The notes beneath the pieces were generated by a model. It had not been told where the DNA came from and did not search any database. It was given only the letters and a program-made list of their open reading frames with translations. From Octopus vulgaris (lineage: Eukaryota), in the NCBI GenBank assembly GCA_951406725.2, contig OX597839.1, positions 36,084,001-36,148,000 on the forward strand: 64,000 nucleotides of DNA, given 5' to 3'. Positions 25,507-39,142 of the stretch are shown one piece after another; position 1 is the first letter of the stretch; every line of letters begins with the position of its first letter. Position numbers and translations under genes: made by a program.

Positions 25507-25874
25507 AGATACTTTTCAACGTCACAATTGATAGAATCTCGAAACCTTGATACAAGAGAGAAAGACAGAGAGATAGAGAGAGAGAGAGAAAGACTGATGT
25601 AAAGAAGGAAAGAAAACGAGGGAGGAGAAGGGGGAGTTATAGAGGAGAGGCGGAGGATGAGGGTAAAAAAACAGAAAGAAAAAAAGGTGAAGTAGGAGGA
25701 AGAGGGTATGTGTGAGTGAGGGACAGTAAGAGGAGGAAGGGGAGGACAGTTTGTATGACATGGCAAACTTGAAACAGAATAGTGTCGATGTAAATGTCAG
25801 TAAGGTTACAATGATCTCTACTGCACACAAATGCATACACACACACAAACACATATTACAAATACATACACACG

Positions 25875-25919
<45 letters not shown>

Positions 25920-26229
25920 CAACAAATATATACACACGTCTTAATATAGAGAGACAAAACACGCCAAACATACATACATATTTACATACATATACAGCCC
26001 GCATATATATACATGCACCCTAATATATACAAATATACACGCACAGACAGATACGTGCCACTTAATTTAGACAAATACACACACGCGCGCATATGTATCC
26101 CTTAATATAGACATGAACACACGCATACACTTTATGTTAAGCACTTATGTAGGCACACACACACGCATATATTAGAAGTAGTATACACAGAAACTGAAAT
26201 ATACAATCATAAGCGCATATAAACAAGTA

Positions 26230-26264
<35 letters not shown>

Positions 26265-26704
26265 CTACAAATACTGAGACACATGTGCACAGATACAACT
26301 TCACACACAAACACACAACGCGTGCAGATACATTTTCCCAAGCAAACATACAAAGTATAGAGAAAGTGTGTATACGCGCTAAACCTGATGTTAAAAATAT
26401 TAACAGAAACAAGGTTTTAACGTCTACCAAAGGTTGGGTCATAAACTGATCACAAAGCAAGCAAGAGTGGAAAAACTTTCGGAAATATAAAGAAATCTTA
26501 TTAGAGTTTAATAAAGGCTTCACGACTCTTCAGAAAGTGGATTTCGTTGTGAAAAATCGCTATTATTGGTGTCAATAAGGTGTATAAATAGTTGTATGGT
26601 TAAGCGGTTCGCTCTTCTATCACTTGATTGCGTGTTCGTTCAAACTACACACCGTGGGCAAGTGCCTTTTACCTTAGTCTCGGGGTGGAATTTGATAGAC
26701 GGTT

Positions 26705-26960
26705 TTCGTGTCTATCGTCACCTGTGGTCGTGAATGCTGGGCAATTACCGTAAAAGTACGATCGCGAATACAAGTAACCCAAACGGGGTTCTTCCAAAGG
26801 ACCTCAAGAGTAATGTTATTTGACAGGGCGCGAGGCTCGATGCATAGTGGGCACAGAAACACGGATGGGTGGATGAATGGATCGATGGACATCGTGTAGA
26901 CATCCTCGACTGATGATCGCTAAGGCTTGAAACCAGACTTGCTATAAAGGAATTCTGTTT
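26705..26960 (+). pseudogene. RTE-clade LINE ORF C-terminal fragment
   Basis: SIVTCGRECWAITVKVRSRIQVTQTGFFQRTSRVMLFDRARGS resembles the RTE post-RT pattern (LTYG.E.W..T...RSR.QA.EM.FLRR..G..L.DR.RS). Confidence 0.7.
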
Positions 26961-27330
26961 CAATAAACCATACTTTACACTTTGCAGCATTGCATTCAGT
27001 AGCCATTTCCTCATTTATTGACAAACAATGACTCTCGCGCACACACGCGCGCACGCAGTGTTGCGTATTTTCATACATACAAGTGCCTCATAGCAAATGC
27101 TCAATATAATAAACAGATTAAATGTAAAGAATAAACCAATTAAAAAACAGTTATTTAAGTATACTGGGGGAGAACACAAGCTATATCCCTACATATTTAA
27201 CAACAGACACACACATAAATACTTCTATGGGTGGACACACACGTACGTATATGTATATTTATGCACACACATATATATATACGCGCACACAGCTACATAT
27301 ATATGTATTTCTCTCCCTCTCTCTATGTGT

Positions 27331-27364
27331 GTGTTGAAGAGCGTAGGCTCGAAACGTGAAAGAC
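27331..27364 (+). ncRNA. H1 hammerhead-like motif, 5' decayed (element ~27305-27435)
   Basis: gTGTTGA-A-gagc(gtag)gctc-GAAA-cg-TG-aaaga, followed by the family tail ctttc..gagcgtcaaactaataca. Confidence 0.5.
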
Positions 27365-27432
27365 TTTCTTACCTTCCCGAGCGTCAAACTAATACACCTG
27401 CTGTCTTCGTCTTTTGTTTTTCTGTAACTTTC

Positions 27433-27482
<50 letters not shown>

Positions 27483-27809
27483 GCATACATACATACACAC
27501 ATTATATATATATGTGTATGTGTGTGTGTGAGTGTGTATACTTAAATATATAAATAAACATATATATATATATATCCATACATGTACGCACTCACACACA
27601 TGCATACATATACACACATCCATATATATACATAAATATACATTCATGCACCACACATACGCACAGTCATGTCATTGGGTGGAAACAATTAATTCAACGC
27701 GACCCATTTCAGCTAAATGCTATGAATAGGTGACATATCCGCGTGTGTGTGTGTGTGTGTGTAATTGTGTTAGTATGACGTCATATTCAGCAAGAGAGGT
27801 TGATATTAT

Positions 27810-27896
<87 letters not shown>

Positions 27897-28211
27897 CGCT
27901 TAATTCTAATTACTTCGACGTGACTGCTGAAAGCAAAAGAAAAACAGAATAGAAAACCTCCTCTCTCTCACTTTTGAGTTACAATAACTGACATTTTAGA
28001 TGTTCTGAGGCACGTGCATAGCTGTAGGGTGTGTGTGATTAAGGAATTCGCATCGCAAGCACCCAGCTTCAGGTTCAGTCCCACTTCGCAGCATCTCTGC
28101 AAGTGTCTTCTCCAATAACCCCGAGCTGACCATTATCTTGTGATTGGATTTGGTTAGAGTGAAACTGCGAAAAACCCATTAGATATAAATATACACCTAT
28201 ATATTATATAT

Positions 28212-28258
<47 letters not shown>

Positions 28259-28453
28259 CACATACAATATTATATATATATATATCCTATGGGGCCTCCA
28301 CATTTAGGTGGCAAATATATTTCAAGATTCCTACTGTTTAATTCTCGCTCAGAGATTTAATATTGCTTATGTATATATATATACATACATGCAAGCATAC
28401 ATACATACATACACACACACGCACACACACACACACATATACACACACATATA

Positions 28454-28509
<56 letters not shown>

Positions 28510-29619
28510 ATTCCTAGCCTTTCTCCTTCCCCTTCATCCATACCCCCCTTTTTTTTCTCTGTCGCTCTTTCTGTCTGCTCCTGTCATGTGACCAGCGGCC
28601 TTTTCCACTTTTTCTTCCTTTCTTAGACTGGTCCCTTAGCTGACCAATCGCAAATTCTGTCTCCGTCCTCCATCGTTCAAATGACTGAAACAAGTAAAAG
28701 ATAAATATAATTGTGGGGTTTTGTCCCCACCACCGTCACCACGCATGACAATCAGTGTTAGTTTATTAACATCTCCTTTATAAGCGGTTCGGCAAAACAG
28801 TCCGACAGAACAAGTACTGGGTTTCCCTGCAGTTTTTGCCTTACAAATTCACTCACAAGGCATTAGTCTGCCCAGGGTTATTACAGAATAAGACACTTGC
28901 CAAAAGGCGCCGTACAATGGGACTGAACCCGAAACCACTCGATTGCCAAGCGAGCTTCTTATCCACAAAGTCATCATACCCATGACTAAATATAGCTTCA
29001 TGATTATTAATTTATTAATCCAGTGATATTTCTAGTTTATCGACAACCTGGTTGTTTGTTTAATGTGAAGGACGTTTTCGCATTGATTATTTTTCATTTC
29101 TCACCACCACCATCATAGCTTTCAGTCAGAATCATAAATGGTAGGAGGTAAAAATAATAATAGTCTCAACGAGTGAAAAATAGCATCAGCTTTTAGTCGT
29201 ATTCACGGCAAGTCGACACAAAACAAACCAGCGATGACATTATAATAGCGTTGGGGAGCAAGTTAAACTTCGTTATTGATCGAGGCTTATAGAACAGAAA
29301 TTATTGATATTTCGCAGTATTTTTTTTTTTTCTTCGGCATTGAACCTATTTCGTTGAAATAATATTTCTTTCTCGAATTAAATGTCAAATCTAGTGTAGA
29401 GTAGTTCTATCTTGTATTTGGGATATATTTAAACATCAATCGATGCATTTTTTGTCCTTCACCTTAAACACAAACAGCCTCGTTATCAATAAACTAGAAA
29501 GATCACCGGATTAATTCATTAATGATTATAAACGATATATTGTTAAGTTCAAACATGTTTCTCTGGTTTTTAGAAGTTCGCTTCGCAGACGTGCAGTTTC
29601 GAGTTCTGTCTGTGCGGCA

Positions 29620-30031
29620 CTCTCTTTACTCTTTACTCTTTTACTTGTTTCAGTCATTTGACTGCGGCCATGCTGGAGCACCGCCTTTAATCGAGCAACT
29701 CGACCCCGGGACTTATTCTTTTGTAAGCCCAGTACTTATTCTATCGGTCTCTTTTGCCGAACCGCTAAGTAACGGGGACGTAAACACACCAGCATCGGTT
29801 GTCAAGCAATGCTAGGGGGACAAACACAGACACACAAACTCACACACACGCATATATATACATATATACGACGGGCTTCTTTCAGTTTCCGTCAACCAAA
29901 TCCACTCACAAGGCTTTGGTCGGCCCAAGGCTATAGTAGAAGACACTTGCCCAAGGTGCCACGCAGTGGGACTGAACCCTGAACCATGTGGTTGGTAAAC
30001 AAGCTACTTACCACACAGCCACTCCTGCGCC
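29620..30031 (-). mobile_element. SINE family A, young full-length copy
   Basis: Full match, nearly identical to 39143-39549. Confidence 0.92.
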
Positions 30032-30277
30032 TTTACGTTTTTTTTTTGTTGCTATGACCCAAGACCAATCAATGATTTGTGAGTGGATTTGATAGAAGGA
30101 AACTGTGTTGAAGCCCTTCGCCTTGACGGGTTTAGTCGGACTTCAGCATTTATTTTTAAAGCTTAGTACTTATTCTTTCGGTCTCTTTTACTGAACCGCT
30201 AAGTTACGACGACGTGAACAAACCAACACTGGCACAAACACAAATACAAGGACATACACACACACAGTTATATATGA

Positions 30278-30342
<65 letters not shown>

Positions 30343-30706
30343 GTGTGTGTGTGTGTGTAGCTATGTATATACACCTTCTTGACTTACGACCGAGTTCCAT
30401 TCCGACTGACAGGATGTAAGTCGATCTGGTAGTATGTCGGATTTATATTTTTCAGTAGCAGGGTAGTAGAATAAGTGCTACGCTTACACAGAGTAAGTCC
30501 TGGGGTCGATTTGCTCGACTAAAGGCGGTGCTCCAGCATGGCCACAGTCAAGTGACTGAAACAAGTAAAAGAGTAAAATAGTATATATATATATATATAT
30601 ATATATATAACGGGAAGGTTTACGAAAATAAACAAAAGACGAAGGCAGGTGGAGTACAAACAAACAAATGTATTAGTATGGCGCTCAGGAATAGAAATAG
30701 AACAAG

Positions 30707-30744
30707 TCTTTTACATTTCGAGCCTACGCTCTTCGACAGAAAGA
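30707..30744 (-). ncRNA. H1 hammerhead-like motif (element ~30610-30810)
   Basis: Minus strand tcttt-CTGTCGA-A-gagc(gtag)gctc-GAAA-tg-TA-aaaga. The flanking element closely matches 2860-3025. Confidence 0.65.
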
Positions 30745-30940
30745 TACACAGAAAAAAAAGGAGATATAAAAATGCGTGTAGGAGCTTACGATCTATCATG
30801 GCGTTCTATATATATATAAGGGTAGTAACAAAGAACTATAAATACAAGTAAACGAGAGAGGAAGGTGGGTGGCAACGAATTACAAATATGAGAGAAGAGA
30901 GAGAGAACAAGAACGAGAGAAATAAAGTGACACACACACA

Positions 30941-30973
<33 letters not shown>

Positions 30974-31899
30974 TGTATCGGCCAAGGTGCTTTGCTTGCA
31001 AATAACATATTGCGACTTCGTGACACAAACGTAAGCTACTCCATATTGAAGACGTGTAACAAAAGATCTGCTGGATATTATAACTTTATAACTGACCCTC
31101 ACACTCTCAGTGTTTACTGACGATAAACTCATCCAACGACCTTTCTATCCTCTCACTCTTCATTCCACACACACCATGTTTCTGGTTTTTTTTTTTTTTT
31201 TCACTTCTCCTTTACTTCCTTATTAACACAGCTGCAATAATTAGACGGCCAGCTGCCGGCTTTGTAAGCCATCTGTTTACTCAAGCCAACTGTCTCATCT
31301 CTCTGTTTAGAGATGAGACAGTAGGACTTACATCACTACGACTACTACCACCACTTTCAGCCGACGCTGCCGACACCGCCAGGTGCCGCTGTTGTCTTTT
31401 GAAATATATTAAAAGTCACCTCAGATCTGTCGTCCTGAAGCTTGGAGTGTGAGTGTAGATGTATAAGGGTTGGGGGGACAGCTAGACGCATAGAGAAGGC
31501 GGACACAATGACAAGAGACCGAAAAATAAATAAATGCTTAGCTCTCTATTAATTGAAGTTAATTTCCATATTTGGAGCAAACCATCTCACGAGCGACATT
31601 CCTTGTCGGTCTGTCATTGATAAATCAATACAGAGAAACCTGTGAGTGTCTGAGTGTGCATTTATATGTACATATGTGCATGCGTGGGTCTGTAGGAACA
31701 CGAAAATATGTGTGTGCACGTGCACCCGTGTACGGCAAGGAACTGACGATGTTTACAGTATTACAGACGTTATACAATAACATACATTCATGTACATACA
31801 TAAAAGCTTACATCTTGTCCATTATTTATGCATATATATATATTTATATATATAATACACATTTATGCATGTATGTGCCTCTGTGTGTGTGTGTGTATA

Positions 31900-32067
31900 A
31901 AGTAGCTTGCTTACGAACCACATGGTTCCGGGTTCAGTCCCATTGCGTGGCACCTTGGGCAAGTATCTTCTTCTATAGCCTCGGGCCGACCAAAGCCTTG
32001 TGAGTGGATTAGATAGACAGAAACTGAAAGAAGCCCGTCGTATATATATATATATATATATATGTAT

Positions 32068-32117
<50 letters not shown>

Positions 32118-32285
32118 ATACGCCGGCCTCTCGCATAGTGTTTCCGTCTACCAAATTCACTCACAAGACTTTGGTCAGCCCAGGTTCTATTGTAGAAGAA
32201 ACTTGCCCAAGGTGTCAGACGGTGGAATTGAACATGGAACCTTGGAGCTGCCAAGCGAACTGCTTAACCACACAGTCACGTACCT
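31900..32285. mobile_element. Two SINE A 5' halves in inverted orientation around a (TA)n tract
   Basis: 31900-32042 (+) and ~32135-32285 (-) both match the SINE A head and CORE-like segment. Confidence 0.75.
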
Positions 32286-32555
32286 ATGCTACAGAAAACA
32301 GATAAATAAAAATAGTGAAAACAGAGACATTGCGAGAGGTGAGCCACAAACCCGTGTACTAAACCTACAATTGCAAAGAAGGAAACCTATTAACCGTATT
32401 GTGTACCAAGAAGGTTTTGGACAGGAAAAAATAACGCCACAATTCCCTGTCCCAAACCATCGTTCAGGGCACAGTTGATGGAGGCGGAAGACGAGCAAAC
32501 TGAACAAATCCTTGGTTGATAACATCAAGGACTGGACAGGTCGCAACACAGCGAG
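32285..32555 (+). pseudogene. RTE-clade LINE ORF C-terminal fragment
   Basis: Frameshifted RHNSLSQTIVQGTVDGG.R..SLVDNIKDWTG matches the RTE terminal motif (K.ILQG.VEG.RRRGR....W.DNIK.WTG). Confidence 0.75.
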
Positions 32556-32755
32556 GTGCCGGTATAGTATATGATCTCCATACATGTTTCTGGGTATAGC
32601 TTGTGATCTGCATTTGTTCAAATGGTATAGTTTATGATCTACACTGGGTTTTTTTAAAAATTTACGTTTAGAATTCATCGTCATTGTAAACACTATCATC
32701 AGCATCATCATTATCGCCATCATCATTTCTTCTTCTTTGGTTTCTACTCTGTTGT

Positions 32756-32798
<43 letters not shown>

Positions 32799-33037
32799 CT
32801 TCTTCTTCTTCTTCTTCTTCTTCTTCTTCTTCTTCTTCTTCTTCTTTTTCTCCTCCTCCTCCTCCTTCTTCTTCCTCTTCTTCTGCCATGCTCCTTCCTG
32901 GCTCTTTCCCTCCCCTCCACTTCCTTCCAATTCTCTTCTTCGCCAAACTCGACTTCTGGTTGGTTTGGTATATAAACCAAAAAAAACTTTTATGATTTAA
33001 ACACTTTTAGTTCTGAGCCCATTGAAAGAAGTCGTGA

Positions 33038-33110
33038 TGAGAGCAAAAGAATTTTACACACAGGTTATTCAAGATGAAGAAACTGCAATAGAATTTCTCC
33101 GACGCTCTTC
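33038..33110 (+). pseudogene. Possible Merlin/IS1595-family transposase N-terminal relic
   Basis: MRAKEFYTQVIQDEETAIEFLRR resembles the DEE.AI.FL start of Merlin transposases. It is truncated by a SINE fragment, and a TATATAAA lies ~70 bp upstream. Confidence 0.35.
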
Positions 33111-33324
33111 AATTTCTTTCAATTTCGGTCTACCAAACCCACGCACAAGGCTCCCAAGGCTATAGTAGAAGACATTCACCCAAGGTGTCAGACAGTAGGA
33201 TTGAACCAAGTCAGTCAGTCAGTAACATTGAGCCTAGTTAGTACTCGACTGGTATTTCTATTGACCTCCAAAGAATGAATGAAAAGCAAAATTAACCACG
33301 GCAGGATTTGAACTCTGAACATAA

Positions 33325-33414
<90 letters not shown>

Positions 33415-34376
33415 TATAATAATACTAATACTACTGCTGCTGCTACTACTACTACTACTACTATTTGCACAAGTAGCTATAGCTATTGGTGGTGATGGTG
33501 GTGGTGGTAGTAGTAGTTATGATTGAGGTAGTAGACTGTTTTAAGTTCGCTCGTTCTTAGATGGTGAAAAAAGAGGAAATGAAATTTAATAAACTTCAAA
33601 CTGAAAAAAAAAATTTCAAGTAATAAAATGTCAACAAAGACGTAATTTTGCTGGAATTGGATTCATCTTTCGCGAACATTTGAGCAAGATGTCGTGGGGT
33701 GGTTAGTACCGTTGGCCATTGACGATGGCAGCCATCTTTATTTACTGTGTATATGTGTGTGTGTACCTAATTTCCAACACATGATACGCTGTTTTTGAGA
33801 TTAAAAACAAAGCTAGGCTTTAACAGAAGTGAACATGGCGAGGATGAGGATGAGGAGGAGAACGAAGAGGAAGAGGAGGAGGAAGAAGGGGAGGGGAAGA
33901 AAGAAGAAAAGTAGTTGTAGTGGTAGTGGTGGTAGTAGTAGTAGTAAGAAAGAGGAGAAGAAAAAAGGCCAAGATGATGATAGTGAAGAGAAGGAGGAGG
34001 AAAAGGCGAAGAAGAGAATGGGAAGGAAGGGGAGGGGAGGAAAAGAGGAGGGAAAGAGCCAGGAAGGAGCATGGCAGAAGAAGAGGAAGGAGAAGAAGAA
34101 GGAGGAGAAGAAGAAGAAGAAGAAGAAGAAGAAGAAGAAGAAGAAGAAGAAAAAGAAGAAGAAGAAGGAGGAGGAGGAGGAGAAGAAGAAGAAAAAGAAG
34201 AACAAGAACAACAACAACGACAACAGAGTAGAAACCAAAGAAGAAGAAATGACTATGGCGATAATGATGATGATGATGCTGATGATGATGATGATGATGC
34301 TGATGATGATGATGATGATGCTGATGATGGTGTTTACAATGACGATGACGGCAATGATTTAAGATAATGAATAGAA

Positions 34377-34515
34377 AAACTAATGGAAGGATTTATTGAA
34401 TTCCTAAAACTGCAAAATGTGGTCGTCTTTGAGAGAAACTTGCCCAAGGCGAATCAAATTGTAATGGAAGAAAGATGTAGTGAATTGAATAATAATAAGA
34501 AGAATAAGAATAATG

Positions 34516-34580
<65 letters not shown>

Positions 34581-34663
34581 AAGAAGAAGAAGACGAAGAA
34601 GGACAACGACGACGGTGATGATGATGATGATGATAATAATGATGATAATAATAATAATAATAA

Positions 34664-34694
<31 letters not shown>

Positions 34695-34960
34695 AAGACG
34701 ACGAAGGACAACGACGACGGCGATGACGATAATAATGATAATAATAGTAATAATAATAATAATAATAATAATAGTAACAATACTAGTGAAAATAATGGTG
34801 TGAAACAGGAAAAAAAAATACATACAAGCTGTTGCTTTGTGAGGAAACTGAAATGAGATATGAAGACATTTTGTAGCTGTTACCAGCGAACGACAACAAC
34901 ATCGATAATACGAACTGGTTCCATGATAGAGAGAAAAGATTCTACCTGGGACCAGAATTA
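34377..34960 (+). pseudogene. Possible second Merlin-like transposase N-terminal relic split by a trinucleotide expansion
   Basis: EGFIEFLKLQNVVVFER precedes the (AAT/AAG/GAT)n tract and FCSCYQRTTTTSIIRTGSMIE follows it (compare the Merlin SIR.GS.FE motif). Confidence 0.3.
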
Positions 34961-35009
34961 ACTTCATTCATACACTTGAATATTTTTTTATGATTTTGTT
35001 TCAAACAAG

Positions 35010-35330
35010 GCATGAGGCCCAATGTAGTGTAATGGATGACAATGAAAGAAAAGGAGGGGCGCATAAATTCAAAAGATGTTGATTGATAGACGGCTTAAAG
35101 GCTTGAATATCATAGACCAAAAGAAAGCAAAGGATATGAGTGAGTTCCGGACAAGGAGCAGATTGAGGAAAGAAGCTATTAGAATGGAGGGATTTATGTC
35201 TGACTGGTAGATCAACAGAGAAACGGTGTGCCTGGGAAGGGAAGTAGGTGACACGTTTAAAGGTCTTGACAGAAGGAATTAGACCAGAAAGTTAATCAGA
35301 GTAATGACTATTGAAATATTTATAGAAGAG
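35010..35330 (-). pseudogene. CR1/Jockey-group LINE ORF2 extreme C-terminus and 3' UTR
   Basis: Minus-strand frameshifted HTVSL..LHSNSFFPQSA..RNSL..YDIQAFKPSINQHLL matches the SFFPRT..LWNSLP....YDL..FK..IN.HL pattern. Confidence 0.7.
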
Positions 35331-35569
35331 ACACAACAAAGTTACATTTTGATAATGAGCCAAAAACTCTATCTAAGCTAGAAGAAAGGAAAAGGGCCAC
35401 CGTGTTAACAATTCAGTTCTGAATTCGATCAAGCAATTTAAGACGCTCAGAGGATGCACCAATCTAAAGACAATATCTTTTATAGAAAAGTGTTTTGCTA
35501 CACTTTTTAGAGAACACGATTAGAAAAGCATTCAACAAAGAAAGGTTTAACTGTAACCAACTGAATGGT

Positions 35570-36180
35570 ACTATAACAGTACCACAGTATCATGAAACGA
35601 CAATAATATGACACTACTGTGACACCGTGACACTAACATTATGGCACTTGCGGAACAATGGCAGTATGGCACTACAACACTGTTATTATGACACAATGAC
35701 ACTTCAGAACAGCAGCACAACAACACTGTGGTACCGTGAAATGATGCTATGACAGTATGGCATTATAACAACGTGTCACTGCGGCACAATTGCACTGTTG
35801 AAATGAAATTCTGTGACACAATGACACCCTAGAACTATAACATTGACACTGTGATGCTCTGACATTGTGGAACTATGGCACTGTGACAGCATAACACTCA
35901 TTGTGATACTATGGCACCGTAGGACTGACACTGTGACACTTTAACTATATAACACTGACATTATTGCACAATGGCACTATAAAACGGTGGCACTCTGACC
36001 CTGTGATACTGTGCGATGACGCTGTGATATCATGGCATTATAACATGTCACTGCAGCACTATGGCGCTGTGGATATGTGGCTTTGTGACACAACAACACT
36101 GTAAGTATTATAACATTGACACTGTGATGTTATGATACTGTGACACTATGGCACTGTGACTCTGTAATACTATAATACTA
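35570..36180. repeat. Degenerate 8-bp minisatellite (ACTGTGAC/ACTATGGC) with ~275-bp higher-order duplication
   Basis: 8-bp periodicity; 35743-35887 aligns with 36018-36160. Confidence 0.85.
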
Positions 36181-36321
36181 AGCAGGCTCTCCTACACAAT
36201 TACCCAAAAACACTTTCAGACAAGTTGCTGTATACACAGCTTATATATGAGATTCAGGTACACAGTTGGTCCGGAGATTTTCAACAACCATTTCTGTCTG
36301 TTTCTGTCGGTGCTAATAATG

Positions 36322-36384
<63 letters not shown>

Positions 36385-36692
36385 GTAACAAGAATAATAA
36401 TCAGTTGGCTGTGTTTATCATTTGAATGAAAATTTCCTAGTTAAAGACCGTCAATAAGATACTTCCAATAGAAGGTCACAATTTTTGCCGCAGTGTCAAA
36501 CAATCAAATTTCTTCCTGGTACTCTCTCCTTCCTGGAAGTGGTTGGATCATAGTCTCGAATGTCTCACCATCAATGCTGTATGCGCGGTGCGTTGGGCAG
36601 GAGTCATCTACCATAGCACATGTCCAATCAATGCCTTATGAGTGAATTTGGTAGATGGAAACAAGGCAGAATCCTGACGTGTATACGTATAT

Positions 36693-36896
36693 CAGTGCTT
36701 TTCAGCCTTTTTGCTGGAGCGGAACCCCAACAAAAACATTTCACTGGCTCGAGGAACCCCTGTGCAATAATTTAATTGTCTTATATACACACATATCTGC
36801 ACAGGAGAATTAAAAATTACTGTCGATTTTAGCATTTTTGTAACTTCTTGCGGAACCCCTGGACTGTACTGGCGGAACCCTGGTTGAAAACCACTG
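36693..36896. mobile_element. hAT (Charlie-like) MITE, 204 bp, inserted in an old SINE A (~36530-37170)
   Basis: TIR cagtgcttttcagcc / ggttgaaaaccactg with a perfect 8-bp TSD acgtatat. A second copy is at 44539-44739. Confidence 0.92.
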
Positions 36897-37815
36897 ACGT
36901 ATATACATATGTTTATGTTTGTGTGTGTGTGTGTGTTTCTTCACCCGTCATCGCTTGACAACCTGTGTTGGTTTGTTTACGTCTTCGTAATTTAGCGGTT
37001 TGGCAAAGGAGACCAATACAGTAAGTACCAGACCTCAATGAAAAAATAAAAAAATAAATAAAATGAACATAAGTTGAGGGATCGATTTCTGCGACGAAAA
37101 TCCCTTCAAGGTGGTGCCCCAGTATGGTAACAGGCCAATGACTGAAACATTCAAACGGGTAAAAGATAGTTACATCCCTTCCACTTACTGAGTTCCACTT
37201 TCGTTAGGGTCATCTTCCCCGTTTATCAACTCCATGGGTCGATGAAACAAGTAAGAGATAACAGATGAAAGGTACCCTGCTCAAAGCCACCGCGTGTGTG
37301 TGTTAGTTTGATGTGTGTATAGATCAAAGACGAGTACGAATACAGTCTATTAAACACACACACAGAGATAGGCTAGATACGACGACATTGTGGAGAGGAC
37401 AAGATGTAGACAAGATGTAGTTTACACGTCATCAGTAAACAAAAGACGTTTACGGCGATTCAGTTATCAAATTAAAGGAAATATTAATTACTTTGATGTT
37501 TTAATTGATTTTTCGTTCGTCTTCCTCTCTTCTTTCCTTCTTCGTTTACCGTTTCCGTATTCTTCTTCTTCCTCTTTGTCATCATTTTGTACATATGAAT
37601 GTATGTATATGTGTATATATACCTATCTATCCATGTATGTGTACTTTTTAGGTTTTTTTTACTTGTTTCAGTCATGTGACTGTGGCCATGCTGGAGCACC
37701 GCCTTTAAAGTAAAGTCGGAATTTGAACTCAGACGTAACGGCAGACGAAAAATACCGATAATCATTTCGCCCGACGTGCTAACGATTCGGCCAGCTCTCC
37801 GCCTGTGTATATATA

Positions 37816-37977
<162 letters not shown>

Positions 37978-38147
37978 TATGTATGTTTGTATGTATGCAT
38001 GCATACGTATTGTGGTGGTGGGCTCTATATACGAATCTAATCCATTTCGGAACCCTGTTCGTTAACCAAGTTGTTCGTTGCATGACCGACTGAGATACAT
38101 ACAAATATGGGCAATCTATTCCAAGCCACCCAAATCCCACATAAAGA

Positions 38148-38475
38148 TCATCATCATCATCATCATCATCATCGTTTAACGTCCGTTCTCCATGCTAGCA
38201 TGGCTTGGACGGTTCGACCGGGGATCTGGGAAGCCAGAAGGCTGCACCAGGCTCCAATCTGATCTGGCAGTGTTTCTACAACTGGATGCCCTTCCTAACG
38301 CCAACCACTCCGTGAGTGTAGTGGGTGCTTTTTACGTGCCACCGGCACAGGTGCCAGGCGAGGTTGGCAACGGCCACGGTCGGATTGGTGCATTTTACGT
38401 GCCAGTCGAGGCTGCACTGGCATCGGCCACGATTCGGATGGTGCTTTTTACGTGCCACCGGCACGGAAGCCAGTC
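38148..38475 (-). mobile_element. Meta-domain-like SINE 3' part with three internal gtgcttttacgtgcca(ccggcac) repeats
   Basis: Matches 14448-14642 and has a (GAT)n tail. Confidence 0.78.
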
Positions 38476-39142
38476 GAAGATATGAAATTATATTTTATTT
38501 GTCCATTCATCAGTAGCAAATACCTACACGTGTGCATGTGCGTGTGCGTGTGAAAGGATGGTCTGGTTTCGCTCTAATGTCAGCAGACGTACAGCATTTC
38601 TTGTCAATGTTTCTACCCAGCAACCTGAACGTTTCTACCTCCTCGCACAATGTACCGACTAGTTTTATCGTTTCTCTTCTGATCAGGATTTATTTATTTA
38701 TTTTCTTTTATAGCTTTCCTTTTATCAATTACAAATTCACTAAGTTTCACATACTCCGATGATCTCACCCGTGTCGCTTTGTCTTCTTTTACACCTGTTG
38801 CCGACTGCGAAACAACAATACTAACTAGGTTGTCAGCAAAATCCAGGTTACTATGTCTATTTATATGTGTTTATGAGTGTGTTACTAATAAACCTGTACG
38901 TATCTACGTCCATATATGTATATACACAAAGACATCTGTCACATTCACATACATCCTTCGATCTGAATAAACTAGTTGGAATCTACGCATATATTTCACT
39001 AGAATTTTAAGATTATATTTCAATCCTGATATTTTCTTCAGTTAGACTTCACTCATGCCATTCTTACCAGTTCCAGTTATATATTCAAACGATGAATATA
39101 ACAATTAACACCTCAAATACAATGTCTATCTCCCTATTTATA

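Noticed and set aside
33829-34856. Poly-K/E/N/D ORFs
   Set aside because: Trinucleotide microsatellites. Only short flanking peptides may be transposase relics.
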